Virus record (IMG/VR): IMGVR_UViG_2898597404_000001
Span: 10,614-74,613 of that record
DNA: 64,000 bases
Strand: one strand, 5' to 3'
From: a virus
Taxonomy: Duplodnaviria; Caudoviricetes
The position numbers and the translations under genes were made by a program. Positions 57,211 to 64,000 of this stretch are shown here, piece by piece. How positions within the stretch are numbered: position 1 is the stretch's first letter; each line of letters opens with the position of its first letter. The notes beneath the pieces were generated by a model. The model did no database searches, had not been told where the DNA came from, and saw nothing but the letters and a program-made list of their open reading frames with translations.

Positions 57211-57495
57211 GTGGACTTCGGATACGCGCTGGCCCGGCTCCGGGACGGCTCCCGCGTGGCGCGGGCGGGCTGGGACGCTCCGGGCCGGTGGGTGGTCCTG
57301 CAGCAGGGCTACCCGGACGGCATCGCGATCAACAGGAACACGGCCGAGGCGACGGGCCTGCCGCAGGGCACGATCTGCCGGTTCCGCCCGTACCTGATGC
57401 TGCACGACTCGGACGGGGCGTTCGTGCCGTGGCAGCCGACCATGGTCGATGTCCTGGCGGGGGACTGGCGGGTGCTTGCCGGCCAGGAGCCGTGA
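57211..57495 (+). CDS. DUF2829 / Tad2-like (Thoeris anti-defence sponge family) protein
   Basis: MDFGYAL..L..G.RVARAGW...PYLM......VPWQPT..DVLAGDW. Confidence 0.85.
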   Translation: MDFGYALARLRDGSRVARAGWDAPGRWVVLQQGYPDGIAINRNTAEATGLPQGTICRFRPYLMLHDSDGAFVPWQPTMVDVLAGDWRVLAGQEP

Positions 57496-57587
57496 ACCGG
57501 GCTGCGCGCCCCCGCGCGTCCCTCCCCCCGAGGGGGTGCGCGGGGGCGCGCTCTGTCCGGCGGGGCTGACGTGCGCTTTCTCCTCGC

Positions 57588-57941
57588 ATGGTCTTCGTTT
57601 GTGGCCTAAACTGGAGCCATCCCCCTGGCCGTTCGACTCTGGAGATGATCAGCATGGGACGGCACCTGTCTGTGAGCCGTGGGACCCCCCGCCCCCGGCC
57701 GGTGCAGCTCACCCTGGACCAGGCGCTGCTGCCGCGTGCGTACGCGCGGCTGTACGCGCCGAGTGCGCGGCGGCGGCTGTGGGCGTTCTCGTACACGTGC
57801 CCGTCGTGCGGCGGCACCCACCTGGGGCGGTCCCGTGAGCTGGACGCGGTCAAGGGGACGCGGAAGGCCGGGTGCGGGAGGAAGGTCTGGCTGGAGGTCT
57901 CGTCGGTGGACCTCGAGGTGCGGGAGCCGGTGGGGGCGTGA
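57588..57941 (+). CDS. Zn-finger protein (start uncertain)
   Basis: CPSCGGTH...AGC. Confidence 0.55.
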   Translation: MVFVCGLNWSHPPGRSTLEMISMGRHLSVSRGTPRPRPVQLTLDQALLPRAYARLYAPSARRRLWAFSYTCPSCGGTHLGRSRELDAVKGTRKAGCGRKVWLEVSSVDLEVREPVGA

Positions 57942-58012
57942 CGCGGGGCTGAGCTGGCCTGTGGGCCCCGTGCGGGGGGTGTCCGGGGGCTAGCTGGGGC
58001 TGGGGTCGGACG

Positions 58013-58051
58013 GACGGAGAGGGGGCAACCTCGGGTTGCCCCCTCTCCGTC
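58013..58051. repeat. palindrome GGGGGCAACC-N3-GGTTGCCCCC, copy 4 (possible terminator too)
   Basis: 18-bp arms; lies between convergent genes. Confidence 0.85.
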
Positions 58052-58060
58052 GTGCGGGGG

Positions 58061-58783
58061 TCAGGCCGCCTCGCTGTCGCGGGCGGCGGTGGCGGCGGCC
58101 TCGATGCTGCGGGCGAGGACCGGCAGCCAGGGGGCCCGGAAGCCCGTCTGGGTGGTGCGCACCTTCTTCGCCTTCATGTCCTCGTGCAGGGCGCAGATCG
58201 CCATGACGAGCTGGGCGGCCCCCGTGTACGTGGTGGTGAGGTGGGCGTTGAAGCCGTTGCCGGCGCGCTTGACCGTGGCGGCCTCGATGTCGGCCAGCAG
58301 TCCGGCGTTCGCCTCGGGGTCCAGGCGGCGCGCGATGAAGGTCAGCGCGCGGTTGCCGATGCGCAGCTTGACGTTGTGCTCCTCGGCGGCCTGGGCAGTG
58401 GCCGCCTCGGTGGCCTGCTCGGCGGCCTCCTCGGCGAGGATGGCCGTGCAGTTGGCGCAGACCTTGTAGTCGGCCTTCTTGCCGGTGGCCGGGTGGGTGG
58501 CGTCGGCCTCGCAGGGGACGGTGCCGTCGGCGCGGAGCGGGTGCTTGCGCTGGCCGGACTTGGTGACGACGTACTCCATGGCGGTGTCCTCCTCGGACGT
58601 GGTGGTGGGCAGTTCGCGCCAGGTGAGGCGGTAACCGGCGTGCTGGTAGCCGCCCTTGCGGTAGGCGCTGCCGGGGACGCCCTGGGCCTCCAGCTCGTCG
58701 CGGAGCGTGTTCCAGTCGGAGAAGGTCTCCGTCCTGGTGGGGGTCTGGCCGACCCGCTCCGTGATGCTGAGTTCCCAGGTCAT
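58061..58783 (-). CDS. hypothetical protein
   Basis: codon bias; H..C..CANC; promoter box upstream. Confidence 0.7.
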   Translation of the reverse strand: MTWELSITERVGQTPTRTETFSDWNTLRDELEAQGVPGSAYRKGGYQHAGYRLTWRELPTTTSEEDTAMEYVVTKSGQRKHPLRADGTVPCEADATHPATGKKADYKVCANCTAILAEEAAEQATEAATAQAAEEHNVKLRIGNRALTFIARRLDPEANAGLLADIEAATVKRAGNGFNAHLTTTYTGAAQLVMAICALHEDMKAKKVRTTQTGFRAPWLPVLARSIEAAATAARDSEAA

Positions 58784-58812
58784 TGCGTTCTCCCGTGTGC
58801 GTTGCTTTGTTC

Positions 58813-58852
58813 TTATGTCCTTAAGTTTGGCCTATAATAGGGACGTAGTCAA
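58813..58852 (-). promoter_or_regulatory. promoter-operator box 10
   Basis: TTGACT-N17-CAAACT-TAAGGACATAA. Confidence 0.8.
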
Positions 58853-58899
58853 GCGAGGACGCCCTAATCGGACGTCTTGGCCAAATGAGGCCACAATCG

Positions 58900-58939
58900 T
58901 TGACATAGGCTCTGTATTAGGCCAAACTTAGGGACATAA
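58900..58939 (+). promoter_or_regulatory. promoter-operator box 11
   Basis: TTGACA-N17-CAAACT-TAGGGACATAA. Confidence 0.82.
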
Positions 58940-58959
58940 CGAGGTGATGAGGAGGCGAG

Positions 58960-59388
58960 ATGCGCACCGACCCCACGCTGACCGAGCGAGCCATCCGGCA
59001 GCACGGCTACCAGATGGGGGACCACCTGGACGGCACCGGGCCCGGCCGCTGCGCCCGCTGCGGACGCCGCAGTTCCGCGCACATGGGCCGGATCTGCCGC
59101 GCCAAGGTGCTGACCGCCCTCCGCGAGCTCGGCCGCACCCGGTACGCCCACAAGCCCCGGCTCGTGGCCCGCGCCGAGGAGCTGCTCGACAGCGGCGGGG
59201 TCGTGCTGCTCCGCGGCCGGATCTGCCGCACGGTCGGCAGCGACGGCGCGGTGTACCTGACGCACCCGCTCGGCTGCAACTGCCCCGCCGGACTGCGCTC
59301 GCGGCACCTCTGCCACCACCGCATCGCGGTGGACGCCTTCACCTCCACCCTGCCCGACCACCACGGCGACCGCGCGGCCGCCGCCTGA
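58960..59388 (+). CDS. SWIM zinc-finger protein
   Basis: GCNCPAG....LCHHRIAV; also CARC..H..C. Confidence 0.75.
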   Translation: MRTDPTLTERAIRQHGYQMGDHLDGTGPGRCARCGRRSSAHMGRICRAKVLTALRELGRTRYAHKPRLVARAEELLDSGGVVLLRGRICRTVGSDGAVYLTHPLGCNCPAGLRSRHLCHHRIAVDAFTSTLPDHHGDRAAAA

Positions 59389-59405
59389 CCACGAAAGGGA
59401 ACCCC

Positions 59406-59855
59406 ATGCGCCTCATGGACGCCAGCCACCTGCCCACCGGGACCCCCGTGAACACGCAGGGCGGCATCCGCGCCGCCTTCCAGCGGCTCGACACCCCCGA
59501 GGAGGCGCGCAGCCTCGGCTACACCCGGTGCGCCACCGTGACCCTCCCCAGCGGCGAGGACATGCGGGTCGCCCCCGCGAACCTCAGCCGCGCCCCCCGC
59601 CAGCCCGAGTTCACCGCCACCCGCCGCGACCTCCGGGGGGACACGCACACGATCACCGTCGAGCGGCTGCCCGAGGAGGTCGCCCCCCTCCGGGTCATGC
59701 CGCCGTTCAAGCCCGGCCGCCTCGTCATCGTCGAGCGCCGGGGAGGCCGCTTCGCGCGGATCTGGGCCACCGAGGACGACCTCTGGTCCGGGACCTCCAT
59801 GGAGGTCTCCGCGCAGGCCATCGCCGACGAGATCGGCGCCCGCTACATCCCCTGA
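59406..59855 (+). CDS. hypothetical protein
   Basis: RBS gaaaggg, codon bias. Confidence 0.65.
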   Translation: MRLMDASHLPTGTPVNTQGGIRAAFQRLDTPEEARSLGYTRCATVTLPSGEDMRVAPANLSRAPRQPEFTATRRDLRGDTHTITVERLPEEVAPLRVMPPFKPGRLVIVERRGGRFARIWATEDDLWSGTSMEVSAQAIADEIGARYIP

Positions 59856-59906
59856 CCCCGCACCCCTACCGATCCCCTACCGATCCCACCGAGAGGCGCC
59901 CCTCCG

Positions 59907-60629
59907 ATGACGACCGAGCAGAACCCCAAGCTGGCCAAGATCCGCGCACTGCTGGCCAAGGCCGAGTCCACCGAGTTCCCCGAGGAGGCCGCGGAGCTCA
60001 CCGCCAAGGCGGCCGAGCTGATGGCCAAGTACGGGATCGACCAGGCGATGATCCCAGAGGCCGACGCCGACGCCGACAAGATCACGGACCGGCACATCGA
60101 GTGCTGGGCGCCCTGGGCCCGCGAGAAGGTGCGGTTCCTCTGCGCCCTGGCCGTCGAGATGCGCTGCCGCGCCATCTGGATCACCAACGGCGGCGGCAAG
60201 GGCTGGTGCCTCGTCCACGTCTACGGCTACGAGTCCGACATCGAGCGCCTCGAACTGCTGTACACCTCCCTGCTCGTCCAGATGTCGCACGCCCTCGCGG
60301 CCGCCGAGCCGCGCGGGAAGAACAAGCGGACCTGGCAGCGGTCCTTCCTCTACGGCTACATCACCACCGTCGTCGCCAGGGTGTGGAGGGCCGAGTCCCG
60401 CGCGGCCGACGACGCCCAGAAGGCCAGCAGCGGGAAGGCCGAACTCGTCCTCGCCGACCGCGAGTCCATGGTGAACGCCCGCTTCCAGCAGGCCCACCCG
60501 GACGCGAAGCCGTACAAGGCCCGGTACTCCAGCGTGGGCATCCGCGAAGGGATGGAGGCCGGGAACCGCGCCGACATCGGCCAGAAGCGCACCGACTCCG
60601 GCGACCGGCACGCCCTCTCCGGAGGCTGA
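59907..60629 (+). CDS. DUF2786 domain protein
   Basis: LAKIRALLAKAEST.FPEEA....AKAAELMAKYGID. Confidence 0.88.
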   Translation: MTTEQNPKLAKIRALLAKAESTEFPEEAAELTAKAAELMAKYGIDQAMIPEADADADKITDRHIECWAPWAREKVRFLCALAVEMRCRAIWITNGGGKGWCLVHVYGYESDIERLELLYTSLLVQMSHALAAAEPRGKNKRTWQRSFLYGYITTVVARVWRAESRAADDAQKASSGKAELVLADRESMVNARFQQAHPDAKPYKARYSSVGIREGMEAGNRADIGQKRTDSGDRHALSGG

Positions 60630-60709
60630 ACCGACCACGGGCGCCCCGGCGGTCCGGCGGGGCGCCCCTCCCACCCGACCAGGTTCAACGACAGGAAGGA
60701 CCACACCCC

Positions 60710-61162
60710 ATGACCGCACCGGAACGGCTGACCCCGGTGATGCGCCAGGTCCTGGCCGACGCGCTACGCGCCCGCCCGGACGACGACCTCCGCGCCCCCG
60801 TCACCGGCAGGCCGGCCACCGTGAAGGCCCTCATCGCCCGCGGCCTCGCCATGCCGGACCAGACCGACGACGACGGCCCGCCGATCCTCACCCGGCAGGG
60901 CGTCACCGCCGCCGCGAAGGTCATCGACCCCGAGCGGCCGACCCTCCAGCCCGGCGACCTCGTCGTCTATCACGGCTCGATCGAGTTCGAGCACGACAAC
61001 GAGTACATCGTGCTCCAGCCCTGGTTCGGCCGCTACAGGCTCGTCGACGCCGAGTACCACCGCTTCTACCTCGACCAGGCCCGGCGCACGTCGATCTCCT
61101 ACACCGGACACCAGGTCGAGGTCCCCGAAATCTTCGCGGACAGCGGGGCAGGGGCGTCGTGA
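60710..61162 (+). CDS. hypothetical protein
   Basis: TVKALIARGL wHTH-like; codon bias. Confidence 0.6.
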   Translation: MTAPERLTPVMRQVLADALRARPDDDLRAPVTGRPATVKALIARGLAMPDQTDDDGPPILTRQGVTAAAKVIDPERPTLQPGDLVVYHGSIEFEHDNEYIVLQPWFGRYRLVDAEYHRFYLDQARRTSISYTGHQVEVPEIFADSGAGAS

Positions 61163-61575
61163 GCGGCACCCCGGACAGCGAGCCCCTGCCGGTCGAGGTG
61201 GAGGGCGAGGGCACGCGGGTGCGCTGCGCCTACCACGCGGGCGAGGGCCGCAGGAAGAGCACGGCGACCGCCGTCGACACCGCCGGGAGCTGCGCGTGCG
61301 TCGAGGTGTTCTGCAAGGCCGAGTCGGACGGGTTCCACGAGCACATCTACGAGGTCGGCCTCGGCGGGATCTTCACCCGCGCCCGTGTCGAGCACGGGCT
61401 GCACAGCTGGATGGACGAGTGGCAGGCCGACTACCCCGACCGGACCGCCTTCACGCTGACGCTGCCCCGCTCGACCCGCGACTTCCCGTCGCTGGAGGCC
61501 GCCTTCGCCCACCTCGGCATCCCCCGCTTCCCCGCACCCGCCTGCACCATCGACACCGAAGGAGAACGATCATGA
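61159..61575 (+). CDS. hypothetical protein
   Basis: coupled ORF. Confidence 0.6.
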   Translation: MSGTPDSEPLPVEVEGEGTRVRCAYHAGEGRRKSTATAVDTAGSCACVEVFCKAESDGFHEHIYEVGLGGIFTRARVEHGLHSWMDEWQADYPDRTAFTLTLPRSTRDFPSLEAAFAHLGIPRFPAPACTIDTEGERS

Positions 61576-61940
61576 CCGTCACCCGCGAGGAGGCCGAGCA
61601 GGTCCTCGAAGCGATCAAGAAGCAGTACAAGCCGTACTGGCAGGACGATCTCGGCGACCCCTACGGCCCCGCGCCGGAGCTGTTCGAGGACTGGTCCTGG
61701 CGGGACCACTCCACCGCGTTCGCGGTGGTCTGGGAAGTGGGGCCGTTCGAGTGGGCGTACCGGGCCGGGTGCGGGGGCGTCGACCCGGAGCTGGTCGAGC
61801 TGTACGCCGCCGAGCTGGGCGGCACACGGGAGGGCCGCGCCAAGGCCCGCGAGCTGGCCCACAACGATCCCGTCCCGGTGCCGGCCGGGATCCGCCTGGA
61901 GCCCATCACCACCTTCGCGGTCGGGATCTACAAGGACTGA
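61572..61940 (+). CDS. hypothetical protein
   Basis: VVWEVGPFEW...EP; RBS gaagga. Confidence 0.65.
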   Translation: MTVTREEAEQVLEAIKKQYKPYWQDDLGDPYGPAPELFEDWSWRDHSTAFAVVWEVGPFEWAYRAGCGGVDPELVELYAAELGGTREGRAKARELAHNDPVPVPAGIRLEPITTFAVGIYKD

Positions 61941-62056
61941 CCGCTCCACCAGACCCGGAGGGGCGCGACACGCCTCTACGGGCGGGCACGGGCCTACCCG
62001 GATAAGTCCCTGGTGCAGGCCACTATTAGAGACAGATCAGAGGACAGGAGGTCACT

Positions 62057-62407
62057 GTGGACGCTGCGGAGATCCTCGCGCTGCCCCTGCGGGCGCGGCA
62101 CGGAGAACTGAAGGTCGCGATGCGCACCTGGTCGGCGGAGCTCCAGGACCGCGCCGAGGAACTCGCGGCCCAGGACGCGACCACGAGGGAGATCGCCGAG
62201 GCCCTCGGCACGCCGCGAGAGGTCGTGCTGACGGGCGACGGCCGCCACGCGCACCTCGGCGAGGTGTGCGACGCGGCCAGGCACGCGCGGCTCATCCCCT
62301 ACGAGCACTGGACCGCCGAGGGGCTCGTCAGCCGCGGCTTCGTCTGCCACCAGACGTTCTGCCGCCGCGTCGTGCCGACCGTCGAGCCCGCCAGCGAGCA
62401 CGCCTGA
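62057..62407 (+). CDS. hypothetical protein
   Basis: RBS aggagg. Confidence 0.6.
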   Translation: MDAAEILALPLRARHGELKVAMRTWSAELQDRAEELAAQDATTREIAEALGTPREVVLTGDGRHAHLGEVCDAARHARLIPYEHWTAEGLVSRGFVCHQTFCRRVVPTVEPASEHA

Positions 62408-62421
62408 GAGGAGGCCCCGCC

Positions 62422-62769
62422 GTGCCGCACTACCACGTCGTGATCGAGGGCGCGGTGACCTGCGTCGCCGAGCTGGAGACGGCCACGGACGCGTACCGCG
62501 CCGCGATCGCGGCGTGGCAGGCGGGAAGGCCGGCCTGCCGCTACGACGGGACCCCGTACGGCGAGTGCGCCGAGCACCCGGCCGCCGCCGTGCGGGACCA
62601 CCCGTGCCAGGCGTGCGAGGACCGGCGGAGCGCCCTGGAGGCGCTCAACCACCTGGCCGACCGGCCCCTGCCGGGCGGCCACTACTTCCGGGCCGGGCGG
62701 AGCATCTACCGCCTGGCCCGCCAGAAGACCCCCTACACCGACTGCTACAGGGCCGGAGGCAGCCCATGA
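62422..62769 (+). CDS. Cys-rich hypothetical protein
   Basis: RBS gaggagg; C..C..H..CxxC. Confidence 0.55.
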   Translation: MPHYHVVIEGAVTCVAELETATDAYRAAIAAWQAGRPACRYDGTPYGECAEHPAAAVRDHPCQACEDRRSALEALNHLADRPLPGGHYFRAGRSIYRLARQKTPYTDCYRAGGSP

Positions 62770-63467
62770 CCGAGAACGACACCACCCCCCACGGGACACC
62801 CCGCCGCGCCACCGTGCGCGAGGTGGCCGACAAGCTCCTGGACTCGCTGCTCGCGTTGCAGCGCTCCGAGGACCCGGCCTTCACCTCGGACGGCCGGACC
62901 GGGGACGGCACCTACCCCTACGGGGCGGTCGCGGACGCCTACCGGTCCGCGCTGGCCCGCATCCCCGGCATCGCGGCCCGGGACGTCTGGGACATCTACA
63001 AGCGGACCGTGCACGGCGGGGAGCCCCTCGCCGAGGTCCTGGAGGCCGTGATCGCGGCGTGGTTCGGGCCGCCGCCACCGTCCGGGGACCGCGCGCGGGA
63101 CGCCGTGTTCGCCGAGGTCCGCGCGGAAGGCGGGACCGTGGTCCGCGCGTCCGGCTACATCACCCAGGACGGGCGGCGGCTCCTGGAGCTGGGCATCGAC
63201 CACCCCGCGATCTCCGTCCCCGTCTACGCCTACCTCGCCCCGGAGCAGGCCCGGCCGCTCCACGCCGGGGCGGGCGCGTGGCTGCGGGCCCACGACCCGG
63301 CGCACGCGGAGCCGATCGGCTTCGAGGCCCTGTCGGCGTCGTTCGACCGCATCGGCGAGGCGATCGACGAGTGGCTGGCGGGCCGGGCCACCGACAAGGA
63401 GACCCTGGACAAGGTGGTCGAGCAGGTCGGCGAGCATGAGCCGCCGCTCGGGCCGGACCGCTCGTAG
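62766..63467 (+). CDS. hypothetical protein
   Basis: coupled ORF, codon bias. Confidence 0.6.
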   Translation: MTENDTTPHGTPRRATVREVADKLLDSLLALQRSEDPAFTSDGRTGDGTYPYGAVADAYRSALARIPGIAARDVWDIYKRTVHGGEPLAEVLEAVIAAWFGPPPPSGDRARDAVFAEVRAEGGTVVRASGYITQDGRRLLELGIDHPAISVPVYAYLAPEQARPLHAGAGAWLRAHDPAHAEPIGFEALSASFDRIGEAIDEWLAGRATDKETLDKVVEQVGEHEPPLGPDRS

Positions 63468-63742
63468 CCGGCCGCATTGACTCCTGCGGGGGCTCGGGGA
63501 CTCCATCCCCCTTGCACCCTGGGCTCCCGCAGGTCTGCCGCGAGGGGCGCTCCTGGAGCCTGGAGGGCGGCCCCGGCACGCCGGGGACCACGCGCGGGGG
63601 CCGCCCGGCACATGGCGAGTGGCATCCGCATGATCGCACACGGTGGCCGGGACACGCCGCGTGGAAGACGCCGGGATGTCCTGGTAGCTACCCTGGTCGG
63701 GCGAGGTGCGCATCTCTCCATTGGACTGGACCGGATGCGCGG

Positions 63743-63775
63743 AGGCCCCCGCCACCTGGGGGGTGGCGGGGGCCT
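63743..63775 (-). terminator. hairpin downstream of DUF397 gene
   Basis: aggcccccgccacc...ggtggcgggggcct. Confidence 0.6.
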
Positions 63776-63787
63776 TCCTCTAGCGGA

Positions 63788-64000
63788 TCAGGCGGTGTGG
63801 AGCTCGCCGTTCTTGAGCTTGCCGGTGAAGGCTCGCCACGCGTCGGGGCTGAACGTCAGCGCCGGGCCCTCGGGGTCGACGCTGTCGCGGACGGCCACGA
63901 CGGCGGGGATGTTGGTGGCCACCTCGACGCAGGTGTTGTTGGCGTCGCCGCTGTGCGAGCTCTTGCGGAAGCGGGCCTGGGACAGGTCGATCTCGTTCAT
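63788..64000 (-). CDS. DUF397 domain protein
   Basis: FRKSSHS....CVEVA......VAVRDS.DP.GP.L.F...AW.AF. Confidence 0.92.
   Translation of the reverse strand: MNEIDLSQARFRKSSHSGDANNTCVEVATNIPAVVAVRDSVDPEGPALTFSPDAWRAFTGKLKNGELHTA

Noticed and set aside
63468-64000. Possible prophage boundary/att site before DUF397
   Set aside because: No integrase, tRNA or direct-repeat partner is visible in the window, and DUF397 also occurs on mobile elements.
1-64000. tRNA/rRNA genes, reverse transcriptase/DGR, IS elements
   Set aside because: None recognised by eye; a covariance-model or HMM scan would be needed to exclude them fully.

Overview
This is high-GC actinobacterial DNA (Actinomadura/Streptosporangiales-like, inferred) that reads as one large temperate siphovirus or phage-plasmid. 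From left to right: an SF1 helicase; a putative replication initiator followed by five ~33-bp iteron-like repeats, DnaA-like boxes and an AT-rich tract (4.4-5.3 kb); a divergent double-HTH regulator; many small early genes, several of them tandem paralogs; and an ArdC-like ssDNA-binding gene. That gene is immediately followed by the most striking feature, a 1.8-kb cas-less array (16681-18464) of 33 structured 30-nt repeats separated by unique 13-20-nt spacers. The repeat stem shows compensatory changes, and the array is split into three sub-arrays by a duplicated leader-like block. Next come a modification-type cluster (ParB, cupin, DegT aminotransferase, myo-inositol-1-phosphate synthase, two GT25, two PAPS-reductase-family proteins, IbrB-like ParB) and a head-tail morphogenesis module with a lambda-type -1 frameshift. 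An accessory/anti-defence region follows (JAB peptidase, NDT-like, DEDD RNase, Tad2/DUF2829), with a displaced lysis cassette and further early genes. About 11-12 copies of a palindromic promoter-operator box and 4 copies of a second palindrome are scattered across the window. All product calls come from motif recognition by eye; no database search was run.
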